This document shows positions 1 through 12,775 of a stretch of DNA of 64,000 nucleotides, piece by piece. Under the pieces are notes generated by a model. It was not told the DNA's origin and made no database searches. It saw only the letters and a program-made list of their open reading frames with translations. How positions within the stretch are numbered: the first letter of the stretch is position 1; every line of letters begins with the position of its first letter. The stretch is taken from contig QPGO01000145.1 in the NCBI GenBank assembly GCA_008632985.1, positions 1-64,000 of the forward strand. The letters are read 5' to 3'. Source of the DNA: Psammoneis japonica (Eukaryota). Both the position numbers and the translations under genes were made by a program.

Positions 1-3000
1 GGCATTGCTACATGTTAGAGGATGGCGGTGAGATTGACAACGTCTTTAGCCGTAACTTGGGTGCTCTTACGAAAGAGGTGGAGAAACTAATTAGCAGGGA
101 AGAAACAGATAAGCAACCGAGCACCTTTTGGATGACAAACCCTCAGAATGAATGGGTCGGAAATGTTGCGGCAGGGTCACAGGTCAATGGGTTTTGGTTC
201 GAACTGCTAAGCAAGGTCCGGGGTCCAACTGCAATGATGCCACTCTCGGCTGGAATGATTCCAAGACAGATGCCACTTCGACGTTTCGATGACAATGCGG
301 CTCACAGCAATGGGCGCCACGGCTTTAGGACGTATCCCGTAAGTTGTGTTCTTTAACTGGACGCAAAGTGTTGCATGCTTTTTGTACTCACGATGCTTAT
401 TTCGTTTCGTACATCTAGAATGGCTACGTTCCTAACAAGATGGCCGAGTTCACCAAATTGAAATCATACAAGAACAATCACGATGGAGTTTTTATGCACA
501 ATAGCTACAACCTTGCAATCGTTGAGGGTCTCATGGCTGATAACCGGCGACAGATCGACTGTGATAGAGCTGACAATGTCGAATTGCGGGAAACCACAAT
601 AATTGGTGTCAGCGATGAATACAAGAGCGTCATTGAACGCCAATCCGACGCTCCGTATCACGACGAGATGGTGGTTGGCGTCGAGCTGCACGGGTTCGCG
701 CTTCACGATGAAAATGACGGTGCCTTCATCAACAACGTCAAATTCTCTGGGTTTCAGTACACCGGAAAGGTCCCGACCTCCCTTATTCATGTCGATGACG
801 AGGTAAAAGTCGGACCGTTCGACTACTGGAGCACAATCAAGAACGTCACAATCAAGAACGATGTCACGGCACCACTTTTTGACTTTTCTACCGCATTGAG
901 AAACGGGGTCACAGACATTTATCTGACTGATTTAGACAGCTCCATGAGGCCTCCAGGGAGTACAGCAAGCGGAACATCAACCGTTGTGAGCATGTCGCCA
1001 ACAATGACGAAATTCCTTGACATGAGCAAGTGCGAATTGATGATAAGGGGGTCCTGTATGTACTGCTCTGAAACGTGCTTAAGATCCATCATCTATCGCG
1101 TGAGTCAGGTAGGGACGAAGTTTACGACCTGTCGCATCTCTGAAGTAGGCAATCCAGGAAAATTCATTGATGTCAAGTCAAGCTTTCACCTTGAGGTGAT
1201 GGGAGAGGATGAAGAAGAGATGCCAAACGAGCTCGAAAACACCCACTACGAGAAGAGTCGGTATTTCTCAGCGGCCCTTCCTCCAGGCAACTATGAGGCC
1301 ACGTTTCTGGACAGGCGTGGGAATCCAATGTGGCCTACATATGTTGAAAAAACAATGGAGAAGGCCAATTGTGAAAATTCCATGCAAGTAAACGCAGTCA
1401 AGGAATTCGTTCCAGAAGCACGTGAACTCACCTGCCAACAACTGATCCGAAATGGTGATTTCGAAATGACGACCAAAGGGTATCCTCACTGGCTTCACAG
1501 CCACACCAAATTAGGGCTTGTCGCTCGAGAGGGAAGGAAAAAGACAAACGCAATAGCAACTATGCTTGTTGATTCCGCGGAAGCGTCGATTGGACAATAT
1601 ATTGATACCCGATGTCTTGAACGCGGCCGTCAGTATGAGATTCAGGCGTGGATAAAACTCGAGAAGAATGGCAGAACAGAATTTTGCGAAGGCCTCAATT
1701 GTCCAAATGCAAGAATCCGAATAAACAAGCCCATGGATGATGCCGGACTTGAGTACGATGATGATGTTTTCATCATCACCAATACCTTTGTTGGTCCTCG
1801 TCTTGAAAATAGCTGGAATCAACTTCAAGGAGTATTCACCGTGACTAAAGAGATGGCTGAGGCATCAAGAGCATTCTTTTACGTGCATCGGGGCGTGAGA
1901 GATATGAAAATGCTTCTCGATGATGTCTCCATAACAATGCTTCCGGAGAAATGTGACGAGCTTGTACGCAATGGCGATTTTTCCACTGGAAACACTACCA
2001 GCTGGCAGAAGCGAGCGATGCGTCGGTCAAAGCCCAGGCTCGACATTATTAGCTACAACCGCAACCCTGCTCTTGTAATGAGGGATCGAGAGTCCACTAT
2101 GGACGGTCCAATGCAGCACCTCAAAACGGGCTGCATGAAGCAAGGAGAAAGGTACCTCGCCACGGCAAAGATTCGACTTTTGAATCGTGATGCACGTAGC
2201 TCACAGGTCATCTGTGACGCAAGTCATTCAAGAGGGCCAAAGCAATGCCCCCGCCTTCGGCTGCGTTCGTTTGGAGATCTAGATCTACCAACCGAAAGAT
2301 ATCAAGACCACTTCCAGGATGCTGTGGCCTTCGCCGACCATGGTGTTTCATCGGATGGGTTTCAGACTGTCACGGGAATTTTTACGGCAACAGAGCTTGA
2401 TGCGCTTGGTGAGCAGAGCCTTTTATTTTTCTACGACTCAGATCGATCGAAGGATTATGCGATTGATGATGTCTCAATCAAGCACCTGCCGCAGAACTGC
2501 AAGAATCTCATAATGAATGGAGATGCAGAATATGCCGATACTCCAAGATTCTGGCGACATTACCAATGGAACGACGGCGAGAAAATTGATGTTGTGAAAT
2601 TGGATCGGGAGAATCATCACGCACTGAAAGTGTCAAATCGCGAAAAGAATTATGACGGTATCCACCAATACGTTGATGCACGCTGCCTTGAGCGCGATTC
2701 GACGTGGACTCTTTCAGCCAAGATGAAACTGATAAACAGAAAAACAGGAAGAGGCGAGAAATGTAACGTTAGCAACCCGCGAGCTCCAAATCGATGCCCA
2801 GCGATTCAGATTACCGGATGGATAGGCGGCGACAAGGAGTTTGACGAGCGGCTGTACATGTCGAACAGACCAGATTGGGAACCAGAAGAGCTCAATACAT
2901 ACGAGGCGAAGATCCAGCTCTCGGGTGATTTCGCTTCATTAGCTGCATGTGACATGGTATCCATCGGCTTCCGCTCTTACCATCTGGACTGGGACCTCAT

Positions 3001-3031
3001 TTTGGATGACGTCTACGTCATACCAAGTTGA
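1..3031 (+). CDS. G8/CEMIP/PKHD1-like beta-helix protein with about 3 C-terminal CBM4_9-like domains (5' part outside the window; intron 339-418)
   Basis: HCYMLEDGGEIDNVF..NLG, STFWMTNP.N...GNVAAGS..GFWFEL motifs; repeated L(I/V)RNGDF(E/S) ... DDV modules; GTAAGT..TAG intron joins ORF 12-356 to ORF 440-3031 in frame (RTYP|NGY). Confidence 0.8.
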
Positions 3032-3263
3032 ATCTTAGCTACTTCATATTTCAAAGTACAAGGTACGGCCTCTAGTGGCTACTAACTAGGGCCTAGAGAG
3101 AGGCGATCTGCGATGGCCTCTTGCGGTCGCGGCGTCGCGGCATTGCTCATTGCAGATTGCAGTCGTGAGCAAGATGCTGGTCGGAATTTGCATCATATAT
3201 TACATACATACAAATAAAATGAATGATATGAAGCACATCTGCCTAAATGTTTTAACAATATGG

Positions 3264-6200
3264 TTAGATTAGGGGTGTTGAACGAACATCGTCCACAAGC
3301 AAGTCCCAACCGAGGTTGAAAGAACGAAATCCAATGGATACTCTATCGCAACTAGCAAGAGCTGATGACACGGTAAAATGAGTTTGGTAGCCGTTCAATT
3401 GCTCTGGCTTCCAGTCTGGGCGATTGGACATGAACAGTTTCTGGTCAAATTTTCGCACTCCTTTGCTCCAGCCGGCAATGCGCAACGGTGGGCAGCCTCT
3501 GTCGACGTGTGTGTCAGATGGGTTACACATCGCGCCCGTTCCATTGTTGTTCCAAATCAGCTGTATGCTTGCCGACACTTTCCATCGCGAGCCACTCGTC
3601 AAACATCGGTGATCCACAAGTTGATGAATTCCGTCGCTGCTGTAAGTGCGGTTCGAAACTTTGAGAAGAGAGTTTTCTCCCTCATTCATCTTCAGAAGTT
3701 CTATGTTAGCCCCACCCCTGTTTATCCAGTGTCTCCAGAGCCTGGGGGTGTCGTCATACTCTCCGTCACCATTCACGATGAGGTCGCTACAATCCTTTCC
3801 GATGGGAACGATGGACACGTTTGCAATCACAAGATCCTTCGATTTTCGCACTCGATCAAATGACAGCACGCTTCTTCCAATCTCATCAGCGTGCGTGGCG
3901 CTGAACACGCCAGACATTGTGCGCCATCCGTCAGGCGTTAGTCCGTGATCTGTAAAAGCAACGCCCCATCCATCATGCCCTACCGACGTCTCGTCGGACT
4001 CATTTCCCAGTTTGAGATACGACGTAACTCGCATTCGTGGGCACGCCACGGTACCTGAAGACGTCGTTACATCACAGTAATACGGCATGCCATCCAGGTT
4101 CTCGAGCTTGAACTTTGATGATGCTAGATATCTGTCTCCTTGAGTAAAACACCCATTTCGAATCTGCTGGATCGGGGTGTCTGATGAAGACATGCGACTC
4201 GACATTTTGAGTGCATACGTGCCGGTTTCATTGTAAATGGCGAGATCTGTCGAATCGCTGGACTTCTCCCAAAACGTTGAATTCCCATTCGAGAAGTTAC
4301 CGTTGAGAACTAAGTCTTCGCAACTGCGATGTACCTTAGACACAGACACGTTGTCTAATGCCATAGTCGCGCCCGTCATTCTTCTCTCCACAAAGAACCA
4401 TGCACTGGATGCGTTTGCTATTCTATCGTCCACCGTCAGCATACCGTGAAGCAGCATCCACCCGTCTGCCCTACTGGGTACGACAAAGGTATCTGCAATA
4501 TCAACTGACAACTCATCAAACTTGAGTCCAGTCTTTCCACGAGGTGTCCGAATTCTCACCCTAGCCTTTGGACAGGTGTCACTGTGACATTGCACAGGTT
4601 GGCCATTGAGATAAAGCTTTACCCAAGCTCTGACCTCATACTGGTTGCCTATCTGTAGACATCTTGTGTCAAGGAACTGTCCTATGGAACCTCGCGGCGA
4701 TGTGTGAATGGTTTCAACAATAGCATTGGATCCGTCTATTCCCGAACCAACCAAAAGACTTAAAGAAGAGTCGCGATGAAGCCAGTAGGGGTAGCTGTCG
4801 CCTGACTTTTCGATATCACCATTTAGAATGAGATTTTCACACGTAGACTCTGTCGCAGGAGGCATGCTGAGGGAGACCGCGTCAGCCTTTAATGCACCCA
4901 TGCATTGGGCATTCTCTACCGTCGCTTCGACATGGGTTGGCCACACCTCCGAACCAAACTTATCATGAAATGAAGACACATACTTGCCAGGAGGGAGTGC
5001 TGCAGAGAAATACCGACCCTTCTGGTAGAGCGTGTTCCTCGTCTCGTCCAGCACGGTGTAATTTCCGGTTTCAACGACTTCGTAATGATATTTGCCAGTC
5101 AATGTTACAAATTTGCTTGCGTTTGTAGCATCTGAAATTCTGCAGGTAAAATCCTCGGTTTCTCCTGGATTGATGCGGTAGACAATGGACCGAAGACATG
5201 TGTTTGGACAATACATGTAGGATCTCTCGTAGACTTTGGTACATTTTTCTGCATCTATGAACTCTTTCATCACAGGTGAGTTGCTCACGACCGCCGAAGA
5301 GCCATTTACCTGGGTTCCACGAGGTCTCATTGAACTGTCCAGATCAATAAGAAAGACATCAGACATTCCAACGGCATCAGCTTTTCTGAAATCAAACCAT
5401 GAAGAAGAAACATCATCAGCGATTTTAACTTCCTCAAGTGTGGTCCAATAGTCAAACTGTCCAACCTGAAATTCATCGTCTATCTGGATCAACGCGCTTG
5501 GGTTTATCCCATCATGGAAACCAGAGAATTCTACACCTCGAATTGTAGCACCGCCTCTAGCCCCCTCACCAGTGAACCCGTGCAACTCAAGGCCAATAAC
5601 TTCATCTTGAAAAGGAGTATCTGGTTGGCTTTGAACTATGTCCCGATATTGAGCGCTGACTCCAATGACGGAAGTCCTGAGAATTTGGATGTCATCTGCA
5701 CGATCGAAATCAGCCTGTCTACGATTATCGGCGAGCACACCTCCTTCGACAATTAGATTCGTGCTTTTGTGAAAGAAAACACCTTCGTTTCGATTCTTGA
5801 AAGACTTTGTACCATTGAAGATTGCAGCTTCGTTAGGCTTGTATCCAGATGGATATGTTCGCAAACCATGCCTTCTGCAACTGTGTATTCGGTTGTCCTG
5901 GAAACGTTTCAACGGAAGCTTTCTTGGATTCATGCCGAACGAGAGTGGCATCTCGGCAGTCTTGTTGTGAAGTAGATGAGATGCAAAGCAAAAGGAAGAT
6001 GAAGCGTGAGCACAACGCAATACCAGTTTCAACGATGCGCATTGTAAAGTTCCAACAAGACTTACGGGACCGCGCACCTCCGTACGAAGCTCAAACCAGA
6101 ATCCATTTTCAGCCGACCCAGCAGCAACATTGGCCAGCCATTCATTGCTCGGGTTTGTACACCAAAATGTGCTAGGTTCATCGTCTGTTTCCGACTGGCC

Positions 6201-8688
6201 AAGGGGCACTTCGACCGGCTTTGTCAGGGCACCCAAGTTACCGCGAAACACGTTGTCAATCTCACCCCCGTCCTCTACAATGTAGCAATGTCCAGAAGTA
6301 TTGTAGGCTACATTCTCGCTTACCGTCAAGTTGTAAGTACCATGAACGACTACGCAACGTTGATTAGACTCACGAATGGCATTCTTGGAAACAATAGCAC
6401 CCCGAACATTACCACACATGTGAAAATGAATCGGCTGCGGGAAAGATCAAGGAGTACAGAGAAATGGTGAGATTCAGGGACACCGACAAGATCAAAACGG
6501 AATCAAGTGTATTGAACAAACGTACGTATCGGCCAAGATTCCCCTGCTGTCCAAAATTGAGAAACTCCACGCCCTCCAAGTACTGGTGAACATGTGGAGT
6601 GTGCATCACAATAAAGTGCGCGCCAACAAGGTCATTGCTGTTGTCGTTTTCTCCTCGAAAGACAATGTTACGGCTCAGCAGCGCCACCTCCGTCGCAAAG
6701 TCCGCACTCTGCCGACGAGTCGTCGGTGGAATAATTGGCTTGTCCAAGTCCAATCGTGTGGTGCCGTCACCGAGCGGCGTTGGTGACGAGGAAAGCCTTC
6801 GAACTTGTTCGTCGTCGAAATTGAGAGTATGTGACGTGATTAAAATTTCAGCTCCCTTTCCCCAGCACTGTGACAATCCCTGGTCCTCTGGAACAATGAT
6901 GGAAGATACCGGACCTTTCAATGCTTCCAGGACAATATCATCAACGTCCATATCGACGGTGGGTGCATCCATTGTCTCGAACTGAATACGGAGATTGCGA
7001 AAGTTTCCAGAAACAAGTTCCGGATCAATGGTCATTTTGGACTCACAAGAAACCCATTCATCCCGAGTTCCCGCTGGACAGGTGGCGATGACCTGCTTTT
7101 CGACCGAACCATCTTCAAAGGTTGCCCTGACTTGCATTTCAGTCACGACAGGCACTTCTGAATGTATTCGTACCTTGGCAGATGCCTTGAACTTTGCTTT
7201 TGCAACAAGACATCCTGGTGCATCAAAGGTATACAGGACTGAATGCGAGTTTGACGAACGTCCATAGTGATGAAAGTATGAGTTCCTTCCTTGACGCTCG
7301 ACCGACAGATAGCCTCCAGAAGTTGTAATTGGATAAGGGTGAATAGGATGGGCTTCGGCATTACCATTTAGAACCAGATTTCCTCCACAGGCATTGACAG
7401 GATCAGGTACGGTTTGCTCAGGTGGAAGAGAAAAGCGAACGTTATCCACTTCAATGTCCACGCCAGCTTCAGGTCCCCGAAGACGCAACAGCTGGTAATA
7501 GTTTTTCGAGTCAAGCTCTTCGTCATCGTACACGACCGTGGCGTAAAAATCATGCCACTTTCCATAACGGGGAGCCTGTAGCTGTCGATCGTAACCCTTG
7601 CGACGTTGAATCGTACGGCTTGGGGTTTCAATCACGGAATCCAACGTGAGGCAGTGCTCATTGAATACGGCACACGTAGTCGGAGAGCCATTCACGGCGC
7701 CACTCTTGGTGAGTTTGATTCTAGCGCTAAAGAGGTAGTCCTGACCCGGAACAAGACAGTCACGAAAGTCCTTCATATCCCATGTGGGGCCTTGCTGATG
7801 AGCCAGTTTGCGTCCCGTCACTAGAAACGTGTTGCGATTCGTCACTTTGAAAAATGCCCCGTACCCTCCTGTTAAGAGGTGCTTGTTTGATCTGTTTGTA
7901 AAACCTTCATTCATGTACGGCGCACTGCCGCGACAGTGTGGGTTGATGTGGTTCGGGTCAATATGAGGTAGCCTTGTAAAATTAGTAGGAGGGTCGATAC
8001 CACCATGAATCACATCTTCGAGTAGCACCCATGTCGGGCACTCTTGGGGTAAACCACGGATATCAACCTTGCCTCCAGCCACGGCAAACGCCTTGGTTCC
8101 GACATTGCACTTGTCGGGCAATGTCTGCGTCGAGTCCTTGGTACAAGCAAATCGATTGTTATCCTCTGGCACAAACTCGGCGGTGGGAGCGTTAGTCAAT
8201 TTGATTTGAATGTTTGGATTATCCGTAACTTGATTCGTAGCCTTCATTTCCAGGTTGCCCTGTACTCGAACAAAGGGAGTCTCGACAATAACCTTGTATC
8301 CATCGGGAAAGGTCAGTGTCCCCCGAATGTCCAAACCATGCGGAAGTACCAGGGTTTCCAACGCAGTGTAATCCATCGTGACGCACACTCCACAGGGAAT
8401 CACAACCATTTCGTTTGTAGGATCAAAGGACAAGCTCGTCCACGTTGTGGAGTTGACGGAACAGGGCTCTGAATTGCAATCCAACGGCCGAAATATCCCA
8501 TGGTGATGATGAGGATGATGAGAGACGTCGGGAGTCAAGATGCGCTTGTCCGATTCAACTTTAGATTTGGGTGGAACCCCGACGCCGGTGGGTGTTCCGA
8601 GTCGACGACCACTTGACGTACTGTGGTGCTCTTGATGAGCAAATACCTCGGGCACTGCCAAGAGCAGCAACCATGGAGAGAACTTCAT
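3264..8688 (-). CDS. Secreted G8-domain/CEMIP-like protein with about 5 CBM4_9-like domains; paralog of the gene at 1-3031 (introns 6435-6525 and 5961-6065)
   Basis: Signal peptide MKFSPWLLLLAVPEVFA; EVALLSRNIVFRG; splicing restores GQQGNLGRY|PIHFHMCG; the second intron is a 105-nt in-frame GTAAGT..AG segment absent from the paralog; colinear with ORF 440-3031. Confidence 0.85.
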
Positions 8689-9169
8689 TGTTGTTTACAA
8701 CTTTCGATTTTTCAATATTTTGAGCCATATTTCGTATGGTATGCTGTATCCTTCTGCTCTCATCTTCCGTTGAAACACCCCCACGTTTTCAGCGGGTGAC
8801 AGAAACCTACCGACAACTGCATATCCAACGTCTGTTTGCATGTCATGGTCCTCGGAGTCCCGTCATGAAACACATGAGCTTGGGCATTGTAGCAAATGGA
8901 AATGAACATGACCGGAAAAGGCCGCATAATGCGTTTTCCGTTGATAGCATCATCGTGTGGGCCAAAAGTCTGTGATCCACTCTAAAACATAATATTTATG
9001 GCATTTGGTTTGTCGTGCTGTATGTCCCAACTACAGATCGCGCGCGATCGATCGAGCGATCGAGCGATCGACGGCGAGCGGCCAATGAATGAAGCAATGA
9101 GCAAGACTCCAAGACCAAGACGGAAGATCGCATCGAGCAATGCAAAAAGCAATGCTAGTGTGGCACTCT

Positions 9170-10570
9170 AGACCACAACATTGTTTGGCTTTTGCTTTTC
9201 TTAGTTGTGTCCGACAGACTCGCAAGACTTTCTTTCCCTGGCACTGCTGGCGCAGCATCTTTCTCTGTGTCAGCATCGTGAGTCAAGACCGTGATGATCC
9301 CAACATTGTGCTGTGCATCAGTGACACAAACTTTGAAACATGCCATTTGATGCTCACACGCATGGAATGCTCACACTTTTTGTTGCTCACTTTGGCAACA
9401 CACTGCAAATGACACGCTGATTTCGGGGGGGTTGTGAACAGTGGGGCCAGCAGGGGGGGGTGATTTTTTTCATTGACCACAATCCTCAGCTGCTCAAGCA
9501 CATTTTCTCAAGTTCTTGAGAGTGGGCAAGATCGAAAACATGCTGCCTCAACCACATCATGAAAACGGGGGTTTCTGGCACAGGCTTCATGAGGACACTG
9601 TGTTCCATGACTTGTTCCTTGGACAACCTTGCCTTCCGGTTGGCGCAGCCCTCTGGCACACTCACTCCCACTGAATGCCCAGAGTTGTGGTGTTTTCTGC
9701 ATCCTCAGCTTGGACTGTGGATGCAAAATGGCACATCATGCAGCAGCTCCTCTCACACAAGTGACAAGGCCTGTGTTGGTGGATGGTGTGACGAGGCCTC
9801 TGACACAGCCAGACAATGGTCACTCCAGATCAAACTTTTGCAGCACCAGACATGTGTGTTGCTCTGTGTTTGTCCAACGTCACCCACTGGGCACAATGCT
9901 GAGAGATTTCATGCTGCAGCTTGCTCATTCTGGCTGGCTTCAAACAATGCAATCTTGGAGCTTCTGGATGGACTGCTGCATGGTCAATCTAAGAGATGCT
10001 GCTGTCAACCAACCCCACATGCTGTTCTCCTTGACACATGAGTGTGTTGTCGCGGGGTGCAGCATCCCTGCTGGCAGCTCAAGGCATTGACTGATGGAAA
10101 GACATGGGAGAAACGCTTCACAAGAATCAAACAGACCCTGGAGTTTTTGATGAGACCACCCTGTGCCCCCTCATGGAAAACACTCAGATTTTTAACCTTG
10201 CTGAGTGAGAAGCACCACCTGCTGATTGTGCTGTGTGGTGTGTGGCCAACACAATGATGTCTTGAGAAAGGTCACCAACTCACATGGCAACTGCAAAGTG
10301 CTGACCAGTTTGTGGATTCTTCCAAATTTGCTGTGCAGTGGAATCTGGCATTTGCGACTGTTGGCAAGAAACTTGTCTGGAGACATTTGGTGATCTTTGG
10401 GAGATGCAAGGGGGGGGCTCAAACTCACGAGGCATCTTTCTCGCAGAGTGCCCTGTCTCTCACCAGTCTCTGGAGGAGCTCTCATGTGTCTGTTGGGCCT
10501 GCTCACAGTGCACCTGGTCAATGACTGCAGAAGTGCTCTGTGAATTTGACATGCTCTGACGACTGTGGGA
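9170..10570 (+). pseudogene. Hypermutated copy of the BTB-discoidin gene family (intact relative at 54949-56011, minus strand)
   Basis: Colinear with the reverse complement of about 54880-56110 including both flanks, e.g. caagaccg(c/t)gatgatccc, ggcaagatcgaaaacatgctgcc, ggatggtgtgacgagg; frameshifted; ATG->GTG and stop TAA->CAA (10407). Confidence 0.9.
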
Positions 10571-10990
10571 CCCCTTGAGAGGAGTCTGTCACATCAGCAG
10601 TTTACCGTACATCCGTGACTGCGCTGCCGCATCCCAGACCCTGGTGGGCGCAGAGGACCCGGAGAAACAACTTCCAAACTCCCCGCAGGCGCCGCCATCA
10701 GCCATGACGGTGCAGCACCGGCAGGCTAAACAAAAAGTGAAAACCGCAACAGAAACCGCAATGGCAAGAGTTAGCTAGAGCCTCCGTTTTCATCTGACAA
10801 CTGTTTTCACAGAACTAGCTATTGGCATTCCGATTAAGCGACAGAAGATAACGCTCGCTTGGAATACTACGAGACTCTCTTGTTTCGGATTTCGGACCGT
10901 GGTCGTATCGACAGACCTGTCTATCATAGCTATCACGTTCGGGTTCGTTTCAGTCCGTTCATCCCCTTCATTATCTGGGCGAAGGCAACA

Positions 10991-11488
10991 ATGGAACCGC
11001 AACCACCACTCCCCACCAGCGTCCATCTCATCATGGGCTTCTTGGTAGTCAGCTGCGTGAGCTGGATTGTGGGTCAGGGGGGCGCGCTGATCGACTATGA
11101 TACCGCGGCCGAATGGGGCTTGCAAGTTGACAGCCGCAAGGACGCCGATCCCGTTGTCATCGAGGTCTCTCGAGGCATCGCTGTTGCTGATGTGTATGTT
11201 CAGCTTCCTCTTTTTATCCTCGCAATCTTGGGTTTGAAGCAACGGGAATTTTACGGTGCAGTGCTGACCTGGATGGCACTGGGGATGAACTTCTATTGGA
11301 CGACAGTGGCTTGGGCTAAACTCTACTTTTTCCAACAGGCAGGCGTCAGGTGTCAACCAATTCCAATCGGCCTTAACTGCACTTTGGTCTTCATTGACTT
11401 TTTCTCATTTTGGGCGTCCTGGTATCTCTACAACAACAAAGACTTCTTATTCATTCTGCTGCAAAAGCCCAAGTTTCGGGATGAATAG
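10991..11488 (+). CDS. Small multi-pass membrane protein of unknown function
   Basis: About 4 hydrophobic segments in ORF 10859-11488; first ATG at 10991; normal TA/CG content. Confidence 0.6.
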   Translation: MEPQPPLPTSVHLIMGFLVVSCVSWIVGQGGALIDYDTAAEWGLQVDSRKDADPVVIEVSRGIAVADVYVQLPLFILAILGLKQREFYGAVLTWMALGMNFYWTTVAWAKLYFFQQAGVRCQPIPIGLNCTLVFIDFFSFWASWYLYNNKDFLFILLQKPKFRDE

Positions 11489-11719
11489 AAAGCATTACAT
11501 GGCGCAGTTGATCAGAACAACGCCCAACAATGCAGAAGACTTTATCAGAATCGTAGCAAAGTTCCAGGTGAGTCGCCTAGAATGTACCAAGCAACATGCA
11601 AATGGTAATTCTAAATTCTAGAGACACTGTAGGCTAATCACCTTTCAGACTCTAAAGCAATTCATGCATGAACCAAACACAGCGTGCCATTGCCACAAAA
11701 TGTCTTTCGTGCGCAAGAA

Positions 11720-12060
11720 GATGGAGACGCAATTGGAGCTTTGTATCATTTGAAGGTTCTGCACCAGGACACAACAACAACTGCCTTGAACTGCATGTAT
11801 GATATCCGCAGCACTTCTTTTGTGACGCCATCGATGGCAATAAGGTATGCGAGAAATATGTTAACTCCGAGGGCAGCTCCACCGCCAATAGGTGAACATG
11901 CTCCGACGTGAATCATTGTAACTTCTACTGTACTTGCATCCTCACCCCGGACCACATCGAGTACGTACGTCGCGAACCGTCATTACGGCAACGCAAAGAC
12001 TGCCGCTTCTACTCTCTTGCAGTAGTAGCCACTAGTAGAGAGCGGTGGATAACGCAATGA
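11720..12060. repeat. Dispersed repeat, lightly mutated copy (homologous to about 21175-21510)
   Basis: tggagctttgt(a/g)tcat(t/c)tgaagg, cagcacttcttttgtg and catgctccgac are shared and colinear between the two loci. Confidence 0.75.
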
Positions 12061-12775
12061 AAAATCTTACGAGCAGTTGTCTATCATATCTTGCTACGTA
12101 AGTTATTCGCTTTTCGATGCGGCTTTGCCTTCTTGCAATTATCTCACATTGTTCCCGCCGCAGCACTTTCTAACAGTCTTTCCAGTCCGAAGCTCTTTGC
12201 ATCTCTCATCAGGCTTGGCAGTCCAACACGGCCGCTTTAGTCTATCAGATTGGAAAAAGCAGCTCCAGTTTTGTTGCTCGCGTGTCGGCTCGGTGTTCAA
12301 ACAAAACATTCCTGGGATTTGAGAGAAGTATGATGCGCAAATGTCATCGTCACCTTCCCGAGTCATAACTACATCAACAAAGAGTGAGCAGTGCCGCATC
12401 ACACCTCCAGAAAGTGGTCGCGTTGATAGATGAGACGTACGCAGGGATTTTAGAGCTAGCTGTTCTGTGCGCGTGCTACCGCTATGAAGTGGCGTCGTGA
12501 TTTCTAGCTGTAGCCTCATCCTGTTCCCCAGCTGGTGGCGACGTCAATCAATGCATGCCGTCAACCTGTACGCAAGCCCAACTTCTGAAACAGACCCGAA
12601 TTGGCTGCTGCCTTCTAGCTTAAACCTTAGCTCGCTGTGTTGGTTGTGAAAGAGGCTCGCAGGTTTTCTTAACCACTCGACAGATCAATGGGTCTGACCT
12701 TGTACAACTTACATTCGTGCGACCTAGTAGATAGGTCACTCATGGATGGTCCCGGGCAACGACAATGCTGCTGGT

